Source: Escherichia coli
GTDB taxonomy: Bacteria; Pseudomonadota; Gammaproteobacteria; Enterobacterales; Enterobacteriaceae
DNA: 64,000 nucleotides
Reading direction: 5' to 3' (one strand)
Assembly: GCF_024700885.2 (NCBI RefSeq)
Contig: NZ_CP117016.1
Positions within the stretch are counted from its first letter, which is position 1; each line of letters opens with the position of its first letter. The translations under genes and the position numbers were made by a program. A model generated the notes under the pieces. That model was not told the origin of the DNA. It saw only the letters and a list, made by a program, of their open reading frames with translations, and searched no databases. Shown piece after piece: positions 1-11,064 of the stretch.

Positions 1-185
1 GCCAGTTTGCTCATAATGAAGTAGTTGAACTTGTTGTTCACCATACCTTTGCGATCAAACTGCTCAATGCGCGCGCCATCCCCTGCTGACGTATCATTGC
101 GGAATTCGAGCACCAACAGGTCCGGGTTTTCCGTGCTGTATACGGTTTTCGCTTTACCACGATACAACTCAGCTTGCTTTTGCAT
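1..185 (-). CDS. purC: SAICAR synthetase PurC, N-terminal 61 codons only; gene continues off the left edge
   Basis: Reverse-complement translation from ATG at 183-185 gives [37 protein letters not shown]..., recognised as PurC N-terminus. Confidence 0.85.
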
Positions 186-238
186 CTTTATCACTCCTGG
201 GTGTGAATTAACGTTTTAAAATCTTTTGCTGTCTGGTG

Positions 239-286
239 TGCCGGATGTTTTGTCAGATGCGGCAAGAACGCCTTATCCGACCTACG
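239..286. repeat. REP-like extragenic palindromic element
   Basis: GCCGGATG...ATGCGGCAAGAACGCCTTATCCGACCTAC resembles the E. coli REP consensus. Confidence 0.45.
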
Positions 287-338
287 TCCGACAAACAAAT
301 TTAGTGCGAATTACCGCTAAAATCGCGTTTTCCTGCCG

Positions 339-354
339 ACGCACACGTTTGCGT
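339..354. promoter_or_regulatory. PurR operator (pur box) upstream of purC
   Basis: ACGCACACGTTTGCGT, near-perfect palindrome matching the PurR box consensus ACGCAAACGTTTGCGT. Confidence 0.6.
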
Positions 355-364
355 ATCATATCAG

Positions 365-392
365 AAAAAAGGGCCGGATGACTCCAGCCCTG
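365..392 (-). terminator. Putative rho-independent terminator after bamC
   Basis: GC stem GGGCCGG/CAGCCC followed by a T-run on the minus strand just after the bamC stop. Confidence 0.4.
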
Positions 393-397
393 TATTT

Positions 398-1432
398 TTA
401 CTTGCTAAACGCAGCCTGGAAGACAGCTACCAGCGCGTCGTTCTGACTCTGAGTCAGAGTATGACCTTTCGGATCGATGAACTGTAGGCTGCTGCGGTTA
501 TCTAAATCGCCAACCTGCAGTTTATAGTCACCGGATGCCAGGCCTGGATCGCTCGCGCCCAGTTCCTGCCAGTCGCTGTCAGACAGCGGCTTGTAAGTTA
601 CGGCCATGTTGCCCTGCGAACGGGTGCTGTCGGTCACTTTCATGCCCACTTTTTCCAGCGCCGCTGGCAGACGTTGCCAAACCACATTGAACGGCCCGCG
701 TACGACCAGCATTGGTAAACCGGTGTCATCAGCTGCACTTTGTACGTCCATAGTGGTGGAGGCACGATTTTGCGCAGCGTTCGCGGCGTCAGTGGCAGAT
801 TTATCCAGACCGGCGGAAATAACGTTCATCATCTCCGTGCTGTAACGCTGCATGGAAGCCGCGTCTGCAACCGGTTTGCCCGCCTGTTCCAGGTTCAGCA
901 GTTTAACCGTAACCGCCTGCTGATAACCCTGCGGCTTAACAGAGATTTGATAACGACCACGATACTGCTCGTCTTCGTCCAGACGGTTCCATTGTACCCA
1001 ATCGGTGGTCAGTGTCTGACCAGCATCATCACGTTGGGTGATGGTGTAGTTTTTCGCCTGCAGCACGCTAACCACCTGCGGCCACAGAGTATTGCCACGA
1101 CCATTTTCCACCAGCAATGAAGCGGTATCGCCCGTGAACTGGGTACGCGCGCCAGAAACCAGTGCCAGCGGCTGGGCTGGTGGACGAATGTCCAGCGCCT
1201 TACCGACAGCACCACTACCGTTGGTCACCGGGATTGCATAATCACCGGAGGTCACCGGCAAAATCATTCCAGCCGGGGCATGAAGCTCCGCAAGCGGTGC
1301 CGCTTCCAGGTAGGCTTCATCACCACTGACCTGACGCTTATAGCGTGAGTCAGAACTACAGGCAGCGAGTAATAAAACAAGCGAAACACCCGCAACCTTT
1401 GCCAGGCGCGACTTTTGAACAGAGTAAGCCAT
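398..1432 (-). CDS. bamC: Outer-membrane lipoprotein BamC (NlpB)
   Basis: ORF translation [27 protein letters not shown]... with lipobox; start taken at second ATG. Confidence 0.93.
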
Positions 1433-1448
1433 CAAATCTCCCTAAACT

Positions 1449-2327
1449 TTACAGCAAACCGGCATGCTTAAGCGCCGCTCTGACCGTCTCACGACCACTG
1501 TCGGTGATAGGTGTCATTGGCAGGCGCAGCGTATCGGTCGCCACAAGACCCAGTTCCTTACATGCCCATTTCACAGGGATTGGATTGGGTTCGACAAATA
1601 GTTTGTTGTGTAATGGCATCAGACGCTGATTAATAACGCGTGCCTCGGCAAAATGCCCTTCTGCTGCCAGTTTGCACATCTGGGCCATATCACGCGCTGC
1701 GACGTTAGCCGTAACGGAAATAACCCCATGACCGCCTAATTGCATGAAGTCCAGCGCGCTCGCATCATCGCCGCTCAGCAGAACAAAATCATCTGAAACC
1801 AGCTCTTTGATCTGGTTTACACGCGTTAAGTTCCCTGTTGCCTCTTTGATTCCGATAATATTTTTTACTTTCGCCAGACGGCCCACCGTTTCCGGGAGCA
1901 GATCGCAGCCAGTACGGGACGGCACATTATACAGAATTTGCGGCAGGTCAGTATGTTCAGCGATGGCTTTGAAATGCTGATACAAACCTTCTTGCGACGG
2001 ACGATTGTAGTAAGGGGTTACCGTCAGGCAGCCGACGATACCACTGTCATTGAAGCGCTGCGTCAGGCTAATGGCTTCCGCAGTAGCGTTAGCGCCGGTT
2101 CCGGCAATCACCGGAATGCGCCCGTCAGCCAGCTCCAGCGTCATCATCACCACATCAGCATGTTCGTCATGATTTAAGGTAGCGGACTCGCCAGTGGTGC
2201 CAACAGAAACGATCGCCGAAGTACCGCTGGCGACATGATAATCAATCAGTTTTTTCAAGCTAGCCCGACAGACATTACCTTTTTCATCCATCGGAGTAAC
2301 AATCGCGACAATACTTCCCGTGAACAT
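1449..2327 (-). CDS. dapA: 4-hydroxy-tetrahydrodipicolinate synthase DapA
   Basis: Translation [47 protein letters not shown]...; start at internal ATG of the ORF. Confidence 0.93.
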   Translation of the reverse strand: MFTGSIVAIVTPMDEKGNVCRASLKKLIDYHVASGTSAIVSVGTTGESATLNHDEHADVVMMTLELADGRIPVIAGTGANATAEAISLTQRFNDSGIVGCLTVTPYYNRPSQEGLYQHFKAIAEHTDLPQILYNVPSRTGCDLLPETVGRLAKVKNIIGIKEATGNLTRVNQIKELVSDDFVLLSGDDASALDFMQLGGHGVISVTANVAARDMAQMCKLAAEGHFAEARVINQRLMPLHNKLFVEPNPIPVKWACKELGLVATDTLRLPMTPITDSGRETVRAALKHAGLL

Positions 2328-2472
2328 GGGCCATCCTCTGTGCAAACAAGTGTCTCAATGGTACGTTTGGTATGGCATTAAAAGCAAGCAGACAGAACCG
2401 TTCTGATTGTTGTATGCATGTTTTTTTTATGCTTTCCTTAAGAACAACTCACCCCTTAAAGGAATAACCAGT

Positions 2473-3045
2473 TTGACACTGTCATCGCAACATTATCTGG
2501 TGATCACTGCGTTGGGTGCCGATCGCCCTGGAATTGTGAACACCATCACCCGTCATGTCAGTAGTTGCGGCTGTAATATTGAAGACAGTCGCCTGGCGAT
2601 GCTGGGAGAAGAGTTCACGTTTATTATGCTGCTTTCCGGTTCATGGAATGCCATTACTCTGATTGAATCAACGTTACCGTTGAAAGGTGCCGAGCTGGAT
2701 CTTTTAATCGTGATGAAGCGCACGACGGCGCGTCCGCGTCCGCCAATGCCAGCATCTGTCTGGGTTCAGGTCGATGTGGCAGACTCCCCGCATTTAATTG
2801 AACGCTTCACAGCACTTTTCGACGCGCATCATATGAACATTGCGGAGCTGGTGTCGCGCACGCAACCTGCTGAAAATGAACGGGCTGCGCAGTTGCATAT
2901 TCAGATAACCGCCCACAGCCCCGCATCTGCGGACGCAGCAAATATTGAGCAAGCATTCAAAGCCCTATGTACAGAACTCAATGCACAAGGCAGTATTAAC
3001 GTCGTCAATTATTCCCAACATGATGAACAGGATGGAGTTAAGTAA
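2473..3045 (+). CDS. gcvR: Glycine cleavage system transcriptional repressor GcvR
   Basis: Translation (M)TLSSQHYLVITALGADRPGIVNTITRHV...; TTG start at 2473 gives 190 aa as I recall for GcvR. Confidence 0.85.
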   Translation: MTLSSQHYLVITALGADRPGIVNTITRHVSSCGCNIEDSRLAMLGEEFTFIMLLSGSWNAITLIESTLPLKGAELDLLIVMKRTTARPRPPMPASVWVQVDVADSPHLIERFTALFDAHHMNIAELVSRTQPAENERAAQLHIQITAHSPASADAANIEQAFKALCTELNAQGSINVVNYSQHDEQDGVK

Positions 3046-3515
3046 TGAATCCACTGAAAGCCGGTGATATCGCACCGAAATTTAGCTTGCCGGATCAAGA
3101 CGGAGAACAAGTTAATTTGACCGACTTCCAGGGACAGCGTGTTCTGGTTTATTTCTACCCGAAAGCCATGACCCCCGGCTGTACCGTACAGGCCTGCGGC
3201 TTACGCGATAACATGGATGAGTTGAAAAAAGCGGGCGTTGATGTGCTGGGTATCAGCACCGATAAACCCGAAAAACTCTCCCGTTTTGCGGAAAAAGAGC
3301 TGCTTAACTTTACGCTCCTGTCTGATGAGGACCACCAGGTGTGCGAACAATTCGGCGTCTGGGGTGAAAAGTCCTTCATGGGCAAAACCTACGATGGTAT
3401 TCATCGCATCAGCTTCCTGATTGACGCTGATGGCAAAATCGAACATGTCTTTGACGATTTCAAAACCAGCAATCACCACGACGTTGTGCTGAACTGGCTG
3501 AAAGAACACGCCTGA
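3045..3515 (+). CDS. bcp: Thiol peroxidase / peroxiredoxin Bcp
   Basis: Translation MNPLKAGDIAPKFSLPDQDGEQVNLTDFQGQRVLVYFYPKAMTPGCT... with peroxiredoxin PGCT motif. Confidence 0.93.
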   Translation: MNPLKAGDIAPKFSLPDQDGEQVNLTDFQGQRVLVYFYPKAMTPGCTVQACGLRDNMDELKKAGVDVLGISTDKPEKLSRFAEKELLNFTLLSDEDHQVCEQFGVWGEKSFMGKTYDGIHRISFLIDADGKIEHVFDDFKTSNHHDVVLNWLKEHA

Positions 3516-3709
3516 TTACTTTGCTCCATTCCGTGCTGGCTGCGCTTGCGGTCAGCACACCTCACTTCTCGTGATCAAGATCACATTCTCGCTTTCCCCT
3601 GCGACACGGGTGTCGAATTCATTTTTTACTGAACGTTAATGACCATCATTTTTGTACCATTCAGAATACAGTTAATTCATAACTTATTGAATACATTAAA
3701 TTAATCAGA

Positions 3710-3726
3710 CTGGTATCCTTTATGCA
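3710..3726 (+). promoter_or_regulatory. Putative sigma-54 (-24/-12) promoter of the hyf operon
   Basis: CTGGTATCCTTTATGCA: GG and GC separated by 10 nt as in TGGCAC-N5-TTGCA; 40 bp upstream of hyfA ATG. Confidence 0.5.
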
Positions 3727-3767
3727 ATATGAAATGCAATGTTTCATATCATTTTCAAGGAGCCGAC

Positions 3768-4385
3768 ATGAACCGCTTTGTGGTGGCCGAACCACTGTGG
3801 TGTACAGGATGTAATACCTGTCTCGCTGCCTGTTCGGACGTGCATAAAACGCAAGGTTTACAGCAACACCCGCGCCTGGCCCTGGCGAAGACGTCAACAC
3901 TCACTGCCCCTGTCGTGTGTCATCACTGTGAGGAAGCCCCTTGCCTGCAGGTCTGCCCGGTCAATGCCATCTCCCAGAGGGATGATGCGATCCAACTCAA
4001 CGAAAGCCTCTGTATTGGCTGCAAGCTTTGTGCCGTGGTCTGCCCATTTGGCGCAATCAGCGCTTCAGGAAGCCGTCCGGTGAATGCCCCTGCGCAATAT
4101 GTTTTTCAGGCTGAGGGCTCACTCAAAGACGGCGAAGAAAACGCGCCGACCCAACATGCTTTGCTGCGCTGGGAACCGGGTGTCCAGACCGTCGCGGTGA
4201 AATGCGACCTGTGTGATTTCTTGCCAGAAGGTCCGGCCTGCGTTCGCGCTTGCCCGAATCAGGCGTTACGGCTGATCACCGACGATAGCCTGCAACGTCA
4301 GATGAAAGAAAAACAGCGCATTGCCGCAAGCTGGTTTGCCAATGGCGGGGAGGATCCCCTTTCCCTCACTCAGGAGCAACGCTAA
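3768..4385 (+). CDS. hyfA: Hydrogenase-4 component A, 4Fe-4S ferredoxin-type
   Basis: Translation MNRFVVAEPLWCTGCNTCLAACSDVH... with multiple CxxCxxCxxxCP motifs. Confidence 0.9.
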   Translation: MNRFVVAEPLWCTGCNTCLAACSDVHKTQGLQQHPRLALAKTSTLTAPVVCHHCEEAPCLQVCPVNAISQRDDAIQLNESLCIGCKLCAVVCPFGAISASGSRPVNAPAQYVFQAEGSLKDGEENAPTQHALLRWEPGVQTVAVKCDLCDFLPEGPACVRACPNQALRLITDDSLQRQMKEKQRIAASWFANGGEDPLSLTQEQR

Positions 4386-6403
4386 TGGATGCCCTGCAAT
4401 TATTAACCTGGTCACTGATCCTCTATCTGTTTGCCAGTCTGGCTTCGCTGTTTTTACTCGGTCTGGACAGACTGGCTATTAAGCTTTCCGGCATCACATC
4501 GCTGGTGGGTGGCGTGATTGGCATCATCAGCGGAATTACGCAATTACATGCAGGCGTAACTTTAGTCGCCCGTTTTGCCACGCCTTTTGACTTTGCCGAT
4601 TTAACACTGCGAATGGATAGCCTCTCGGCATTTATGGTGATGGTTATCTCCTTGCTGGTGGTGGTTTGTTCGCTCTATTCATTGACTTATATGCGCGAAT
4701 ACGAGGGTAAAGGCGCGGCGGCGATGGGCTTCTTTATGAATCTTTTCATCGCATCGATGGTTGCCCTGCTGGTGATGGACAACGCTTTTTGGTTCATCGT
4801 GCTGTTTGAAATGATGTCGCTGTCTTCCTGGTTTCTGGTCATTGCCAGGCAGGATAAAACGTCGATCAACGCTGGCATGCTCTACTTTTTTATCGCCCAC
4901 GCCGGATCGGTGCTGATTATGATCGCCTTCTTGCTGATGGGGCGCGAAAGCGGCAGCCTCGATTTTGCCAGTTTCCGCACGCTTTCACTTTCTCCGGGGC
5001 TGGCGTCGGCGGTGTTCCTGCTGGCCTTTTTCGGTTTTGGCGCGAAAGCCGGGATGATGCCGTTGCACAGCTGGTTGCCACGCGCTCACCCTGCCGCACC
5101 ATCGCACGCTTCGGCGTTGATGTCTGGCGTAATGGTCAAAATCGGTATTTTCGGCATCCTGAAAGTAGCGATGGATCTGCTGGCGCAAACGGGTTTGCCG
5201 CTGTGGTGGGGCATTCTGGTGATGGCGATCGGCGCAATCTCCGCGCTCCTGGGCGTGCTGTATGCGCTGGCGGAACAGGATATCAAACGGCTGCTGGCCT
5301 GGAGTACCGTCGAAAACGTCGGCATTATTTTGCTGGCGGTCGGTGTGGCGATGGTCGGTCTGTCACTGCACGACCCGCTGCTCACCGTTGTTGGACTGCT
5401 CGGCGCGCTGTTTCATCTGCTCAACCATGCGCTGTTCAAAGGGCTGCTGTTTCTCGGCGCGGGTGCGATTATTTCGCGTTTGCATACCCACGACATGGAA
5501 AAAATGGGGGCACTGGCGAAACGTATGCCGTGGACAGCCGCAGCATGCCTGATTGGTTGCCTCGCGATATCAGCCATTCCTCCGCTGAATGGTTTTATCA
5601 GCGAATGGTACACCTGGCAGTCGCTGTTCTCACTAAGTCGTGTGGAAGCCGTAGCGCTACAACTTGCGGGTCCTATTGCTATGGTGATGCTGGCAGTCAC
5701 TGGTGGGCTGGCAGTAATGTGCTTCGTCAAAATGTACGGTATTACTTTCTGTGGAGCGCCGCGCAGTACACACGCTGAAGAGGCACAGGAAGTGCCAAAT
5801 ACGATGATCGTCGCCATGCTACTGCTCGCGGCACTCTGCGTATTCATTGCGCTTAGTGCCAGTTGGCTGGCACCGAAGATAATGCACATTGCCCATGCGT
5901 TTACCAATACCCTTCCCGTCACTGTCGCCAGCGGAATAGCACTTGTACCCGGCACGTTTCATACACGGGTCACTCCCTCATTACTGTTGCTGTTACTACT
6001 GGCGATGCCTTTGCTGCCTGGCCTTTACTGGCTGTGGTGTCGTTCGCGCCGCGCAGCGTTTCGTCGCACTGGAGATGCCTGGGCATGCGGCTACGGCTGG
6101 GAACATGCGATGGCCCCGTCAGGCAATGGCGTGATGCAGCCGCTGCGTGTGGTCTTTTGTGCGCTATTTCGTCTACGACAACAGCTCGACCCTACGCTGA
6201 GGCTAAATAAAGGTCTTGCGCATGTCACCGCCAGGGCTCAGAGCACAGAACCCTTCTGGGATGAGCGGGTGATCCGCCCCATCGTGAGCGCCACCCAACG
6301 GCTGGCCAAAGAAATACAGCATCTGCAAAGCGGCGACTTTCGTCTCTATTGCCTGTATGTGGTCGCCGCACTGGTTGTGCTGCTAATCGCTATTGCCGTC
6401 TAA
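4385..6403 (+). CDS. hyfB: Hydrogenase-4 component B, NuoL/antiporter-like membrane subunit
   Basis: 672-aa polytopic membrane protein with WLPRAHPAAPS motif; start overlaps hyfA stop. Confidence 0.9.
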   Translation: MDALQLLTWSLILYLFASLASLFLLGLDRLAIKLSGITSLVGGVIGIISGITQLHAGVTLVARFATPFDFADLTLRMDSLSAFMVMVISLLVVVCSLYSLTYMREYEGKGAAAMGFFMNLFIASMVALLVMDNAFWFIVLFEMMSLSSWFLVIARQDKTSINAGMLYFFIAHAGSVLIMIAFLLMGRESGSLDFASFRTLSLSPGLASAVFLLAFFGFGAKAGMMPLHSWLPRAHPAAPSHASALMSGVMVKIGIFGILKVAMDLLAQTGLPLWWGILVMAIGAISALLGVLYALAEQDIKRLLAWSTVENVGIILLAVGVAMVGLSLHDPLLTVVGLLGALFHLLNHALFKGLLFLGAGAIISRLHTHDMEKMGALAKRMPWTAAACLIGCLAISAIPPLNGFISEWYTWQSLFSLSRVEAVALQLAGPIAMVMLAVTGGLAVMCFVKMYGITFCGAPRSTHAEEAQEVPNTMIVAMLLLAALCVFIALSASWLAPKIMHIAHAFTNTLPVTVASGIALVPGTFHTRVTPSLLLLLLLAMPLLPGLYWLWCRSRRAAFRRTGDAWACGYGWEHAMAPSGNGVMQPLRVVFCALFRLRQQLDPTLRLNKGLAHVTARAQSTEPFWDERVIRPIVSATQRLAKEIQHLQSGDFRLYCLYVVAALVVLLIAIAV

Positions 6404-6413
6404 GGAAATCACC

Positions 6414-7361
6414 ATGAGACAAACTCTTTGCGACGGATATCTGGTCATTTTTGCGTTAGCACAGGCCGTGATTCTGCTGGTGCTAACCCCGCTTTTTACG
6501 GGGATTTCCCGGCAGATACGCGCGCGTATGCACTCCCGTCGCGGACCGGGGATCTGGCAGGATTATCGCGATATCCACAAACTGTTTAAACGCCAGGAAG
6601 TTGCGCCGACATCTTCAGGTCTGATGTTCCGCCTGATGCCGTGGGTATTAATCAGCAGCATGCTGGTGCTGGCGATGGCCCTACCACTATTTATTACTGT
6701 TTCCCCTTTTGCGGGCGGCGGCGATCTGATCACCCTTATCTATCTTCTTGCCCTGTTTCGTTTTTTCTTTGCTCTTTCCGGGCTAGATACCGGAAGCCCC
6801 TTTGCGGGAGTCGGTGCCAGTCGCGAGTTGACGCTCGGCATTCTGGTCGAACCCATGCTCATTCTCTCACTGCTGGTATTGGCGCTGATAGCGGATTCCA
6901 CGCATATCGAGATGATCAGCAATACGCTGGCGACGGGCTGGAACTCGCCGCTAACCACCGTACTGGCGTTACTGGCCTGTGGTTTTGCCTGCTTCATTGA
7001 GATGGGAAAAATTCCCTTTGATGTTGCTGAAGCAGAACAGGAATTACAGGAAGGCCCGCTGACCGAATATTCCGGTGCCGGGCTGGCGCTGGCGAAATGG
7101 GGGCTGGGGCTGAAACAGGTCGTGATGGCAGCACTGTTTGTGGCCCTGTTTCTGCCCTTTGGGCGCGCGCAAGAACTTTCTCTCGCCTGCCTGCTGACTT
7201 CACTTGTCGTTACGCTGCTCAAGGTTTTGCTGATTTTTGTACTGGCCTCAATCGCAGAAAACACGCTGGCACGCGGGCGTTTTTTACTCACTCACCATGT
7301 GACCTGGCTTGGTTTCAGCCTTGCTGCGCTTGCATGGGTCTTCTGGTTAACCGGTCTGTAA
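6414..7361 (+). CDS. hyfC: Hydrogenase-4 component C, NuoH-like membrane subunit
   Basis: Translation MRQTLCDGYLVIFALAQAV..., membrane protein in operon context. Confidence 0.88.
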   Translation: MRQTLCDGYLVIFALAQAVILLVLTPLFTGISRQIRARMHSRRGPGIWQDYRDIHKLFKRQEVAPTSSGLMFRLMPWVLISSMLVLAMALPLFITVSPFAGGGDLITLIYLLALFRFFFALSGLDTGSPFAGVGASRELTLGILVEPMLILSLLVLALIADSTHIEMISNTLATGWNSPLTTVLALLACGFACFIEMGKIPFDVAEAEQELQEGPLTEYSGAGLALAKWGLGLKQVVMAALFVALFLPFGRAQELSLACLLTSLVVTLLKVLLIFVLASIAENTLARGRFLLTHHVTWLGFSLAALAWVFWLTGL

Positions 7362-7377
7362 GGAGCACTGACGGAAT

Positions 7378-8817
7378 ATGGAAAATCTTGCTCTGACGAC
7401 GTTATTGCTGCCTTTTATCGGCGCACTGGTCGTTTCGTTTTCGCCACAACGTCGGGCCGCCGAATGGGGGGTTTTGTTCGCCGCGCTGACCACGCTGTGC
7501 ATGTTGTCACTGATCTCCGCGTTTTATCAGGCCGATAAAGTTGCCGTCACGTTGACGTTGGTCAACGTGGGGGATGTGGCGTTGTTTGGCCTGGTCATTG
7601 ATCGCGTGAGTACGCTGATTCTGTTTGTGGTGGTGTTCCTCGGTTTGCTGGTCACGATCTACTCCACGGGTTATCTGACGGATAAAAATCGCGAACACCC
7701 GCATAACGGCACGAATCGTTATTACGCATTTTTGCTGGTGTTTATCGGCGCGATGGCGGGACTGGTACTCTCCTCGACGCTGCTCGGTCAGTTGTTGTTT
7801 TTTGAAATTACGGGCGGCTGCTCCTGGGCGTTGATCAGTTATTACCAGAGCGATAAAGCGCAGCGTTCAGCACTAAAAGCGTTACTTATCACTCATATCG
7901 GTTCGCTGGGGTTGTATCTTGCCGCCGCCACGCTGTTTTTGCAGACCGGAACGTTTGCGCTTAGCGCGATGAGCGAGTTACACGGCGACGCACGTTATCT
8001 GGTTTATGGCGGCATCCTGTTTGCCGCGTGGGGGAAATCGGCCCAGCTACCGATGCAAGCGTGGCTACCGGATGCAATGGAAGCGCCAACACCGATCAGC
8101 GCCTATCTCCACGCCGCATCGATGGTGAAAGTGGGCGTTTACATTTTTGCCCGGGCCATTATCGACGGCGGCAATATCCCGCATGTGATTGGCGGCGTTG
8201 GCATGGTCATGGCACTGGTCACCATTCTTTACGGCTTCCTGATGTATTTGCCACAGCAGGATATGAAGCGGTTGCTGGCCTGGTCGACCATCACTCAACT
8301 TGGCTGGATGTTTTTCGGCTTGTCGCTCTCCATCTTCGGCTCGCGGCTGGCGCTGGAGGGCAGCATCGCCTACATCGTCAACCACGCGTTCGCTAAAAGC
8401 CTATTTTTCCTTGTAGCAGGTGCGCTGAGTTACAGCTGCGGCACGCGCTTGTTGCCGCGTCTGCGTGGCGTATTGCACACCCTGCCGTTGCCAGGCGTGG
8501 GTTTCTGCGTGGCAGCGCTGGCGATTACCGGCGTACCGCCGTTCAACGGCTTCTTCAGTAAATTCCCGCTGTTTGCTGCCGGTTTTGCGTTGTCAGTGGA
8601 GTACTGGATCCTGCTGCCCGCCATGATTCTGCTGATGATTGAATCGGTCGCCAGTTTCGCCTGGTTTATTCGCTGGTTTGGTCGCGTCGTGCCTGGCAAA
8701 CCGAGCGAGGCCGTCGCCGATGCCGCACCGCTGCCAGGATCAATGCGCCTGGTGTTGATTGTACTGATTGTGATGTCGCTGATTTCCAGCGTAATCGCCG
8801 CGACCTGGTTGCAGTAA
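7378..8817 (+). CDS. hyfD: Hydrogenase-4 component D, NuoM/N-like membrane subunit
   Basis: 479-aa membrane protein with WLPDAMEAPTPISAYLHAA motif. Confidence 0.88.
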   Translation: MENLALTTLLLPFIGALVVSFSPQRRAAEWGVLFAALTTLCMLSLISAFYQADKVAVTLTLVNVGDVALFGLVIDRVSTLILFVVVFLGLLVTIYSTGYLTDKNREHPHNGTNRYYAFLLVFIGAMAGLVLSSTLLGQLLFFEITGGCSWALISYYQSDKAQRSALKALLITHIGSLGLYLAAATLFLQTGTFALSAMSELHGDARYLVYGGILFAAWGKSAQLPMQAWLPDAMEAPTPISAYLHAASMVKVGVYIFARAIIDGGNIPHVIGGVGMVMALVTILYGFLMYLPQQDMKRLLAWSTITQLGWMFFGLSLSIFGSRLALEGSIAYIVNHAFAKSLFFLVAGALSYSCGTRLLPRLRGVLHTLPLPGVGFCVAALAITGVPPFNGFFSKFPLFAAGFALSVEYWILLPAMILLMIESVASFAWFIRWFGRVVPGKPSEAVADAAPLPGSMRLVLIVLIVMSLISSVIAATWLQ

Positions 8818-8828
8818 GGAGATGATGA

Positions 8829-9479
8829 ATGACCGGTTCTATGATCGTAAATAATCTGGCGGGACTGATGATGCTGACATCGCTGTTTGTGATTAGCGTC
8901 AAAAGCTATCGCCTGTCATGCGGATTTTACGCCTGCCAGTCGCTGGTGCTGGTGTCTATTTTCGCCACTCTCTCGTGCCTGTTCGCCGCAGAGCAACTGC
9001 TGATCTGGTCCGCCAGCGCCTTTATCACCAAAGTGCTGCTGGTACCGTTAATCATGACTTACGCTGCACGAAATATTCCCCAGAACATCCCGGAAAAAGC
9101 GTTATTCGGTCCGGCAATGATGACACTGCTCGCAGCATTAATTGTCCTGCTTTGCGCATTTGTCGTTCAGCCCGTGAAGCTACCGATGGCTACCGGGCTG
9201 AAACCGGCGCTGGCGGTGGCGTTAGGTCATTTTCTGCTTGGCCTGCTGTGCATTGTCAGCCAGCGCAATATCCTGCGGCAAATTTTTGGTTACTGCCTGA
9301 TGGAAAACGGCTCCCATCTGGTGCTGGCGCTTCTTGCCTGGCGTGCACCGGAACTTGTGGAAATTGGTATCGCTACCGATGCCATCTTCGCCGTCATTGT
9401 GATGGTGTTACTGGCAAGAAAAATATGGCGTACCCACGGCACGCTGGACGTGAATAACTTGACCGCGCTGAAGGGATAA
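8829..9479 (+). CDS. hyfE: Hydrogenase-4 component E, membrane subunit
   Basis: 216-aa hydrophobic protein in operon. Confidence 0.85.
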   Translation: MTGSMIVNNLAGLMMLTSLFVISVKSYRLSCGFYACQSLVLVSIFATLSCLFAAEQLLIWSASAFITKVLLVPLIMTYAARNIPQNIPEKALFGPAMMTLLAALIVLLCAFVVQPVKLPMATGLKPALAVALGHFLLGLLCIVSQRNILRQIFGYCLMENGSHLVLALLAWRAPELVEIGIATDAIFAVIVMVLLARKIWRTHGTLDVNNLTALKG

Positions 9480-9483
9480 TGAG

Positions 9484-11064
9484 ATGAGTTATTCTGTGAT
9501 GTTCGCTTTACTCCTGCTCACGCCGCTGCTTTTTTCGCTGCTCTGTTTTGCCTGCCGGAAACGGGGGCACTCTGCGACTCGCACGGTGACAGTACTACAT
9601 GGCTTAGGGATCACACTGCTGCTGATTCTGGCACTGTGGGTGGTCCAAACTGCCGCTGATGCGGGAGAAATATTCGCTGCGGGACTGTGGCTTCACATTG
9701 ATGGTCTGGGCGGTTTGTTCCTCGCCATTCTTGGTGTGATTGGCTTTCTCACCGGTGTTTACTCGATTGGCTACATGCGTCATGAAGTGGCACACGGCGA
9801 GCTTTCACCCGTTACGCTGTGCGATTACTACGGTTTCTTCCATCTGTTTTTGTTCACCATGCTGCTGGTTGTTACCAGCAATAACCTGATTGTGATGTGG
9901 GCGGCAATCGAAGCCACCACCTTAAGCTCGGCGTTTCTGGTAGGCATTTACGGTCAGCGTTCATCGCTGGAAGCTGCATGGAAGTACATCATTATTTGTA
10001 CTGTTGGTGTCGCTTTTGGTCTGTTCGGTACCGTGCTGGTATACGCCAACGCCGCCAGCGTTATGCCGCAGGCAGAAATGGCGATATTCTGGAGCGAGGT
10101 TCTTAAGCAATCGTCCTTGCTTGACCCAACATTAATGCTGTTGGCCTTTGTGTTTGTGCTAATTGGCTTTGGCACCAAAACCGGGCTTTTTCCCATGCAC
10201 GCCTGGCTGCCGGATGCTCACAGTGAAGCGCCGAGTCCGGTCAGCGCCCTGCTCTCCGCCGTATTGCTGAACTGCGCGCTGTTGGTGCTTATTCGCTATT
10301 ACATCATTATTTGCCAGGCCATCGGCAGCGATTTCCCCAACCGGTTGTTGCTCATCTTCGGCATGTTGTCGGTTGCCGTGGCGGCATTTTTCATTCTGGT
10401 ACAGCGGGACATTAAGCGTCTGCTGGCGTACTCCAGCGTGGAGAACATGGGACTGGTCGCGGTGGCGTTAGGCATTGGCGGGCCGCTGGGAATTTTTGCC
10501 GCGCTGCTGCACACCTTAAACCACAGTCTGGCAAAAACGCTGTTGTTCTGCGGTTCCGGCAATGTACTGCTCAAGTACGGCACGCGCGATCTCAACGTCG
10601 TCTGTGGGATGCTCAAAATCATGCCATTTACCGCCGTGTTGTTTGGCGGCGGTGCGCTGGCGCTGGCCGGGATGCCGCCCTTCAACATTTTTCTTAGCGA
10701 ATTTATGACCGTTACCGCCGGACTGGCACGTAATCACCTGCTGATTATCGTCCTGCTGTTATTGCTGTTAACGCTGGTGCTGGCGGGCCTGGTACGGATG
10801 GCTGCGCGGGTGTTAATGGCGAAACCGCCGCAGGCCGTTAACCGGGGTGAACTTGGCTGGTTGACCACCTCGCCAATGGTGATTCTGCTGGTCATGATGC
10901 TGGCGATGGGAACGCATATTCCACAACCTGTCATCAGGATCCTGGCAGGCGCTTCCACTATAGTCCTCTCAGGGACGCACGACCTGCCTGCACAACGTAG
11001 CACCTGGCATGATTTTTTGCCTTCAGGCACCGCATCTGTTTCGGAGAAACACAGTGAACGTTAA
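9484..11064 (+). CDS. hyfF: Hydrogenase-4 component F, NuoN-like membrane subunit
   Basis: 526-aa membrane protein with [17 protein letters not shown] motif. Confidence 0.88.
   Translation: MSYSVMFALLLLTPLLFSLLCFACRKRGHSATRTVTVLHGLGITLLLILALWVVQTAADAGEIFAAGLWLHIDGLGGLFLAILGVIGFLTGVYSIGYMRHEVAHGELSPVTLCDYYGFFHLFLFTMLLVVTSNNLIVMWAAIEATTLSSAFLVGIYGQRSSLEAAWKYIIICTVGVAFGLFGTVLVYANAASVMPQAEMAIFWSEVLKQSSLLDPTLMLLAFVFVLIGFGTKTGLFPMHAWLPDAHSEAPSPVSALLSAVLLNCALLVLIRYYIIICQAIGSDFPNRLLLIFGMLSVAVAAFFILVQRDIKRLLAYSSVENMGLVAVALGIGGPLGIFAALLHTLNHSLAKTLLFCGSGNVLLKYGTRDLNVVCGMLKIMPFTAVLFGGGALALAGMPPFNIFLSEFMTVTAGLARNHLLIIVLLLLLLTLVLAGLVRMAARVLMAKPPQAVNRGELGWLTTSPMVILLVMMLAMGTHIPQPVIRILAGASTIVLSGTHDLPAQRSTWHDFLPSGTASVSEKHSER

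Noticed and set aside
25-219. 64-aa plus-strand ORF at the window start
   Set aside because: It is antisense to the purC N-terminal coding region.
606-1215. Several ORFs (606..845, 740..1120, 1009..1215) inside bamC
   Set aside because: Antisense or alternative-frame ORFs within a well-supported gene; same reasoning applies to the many similar embedded ORFs throughout hyfB-hyfR, purM, ppk, ppx, pdeF and the phage structural genes.
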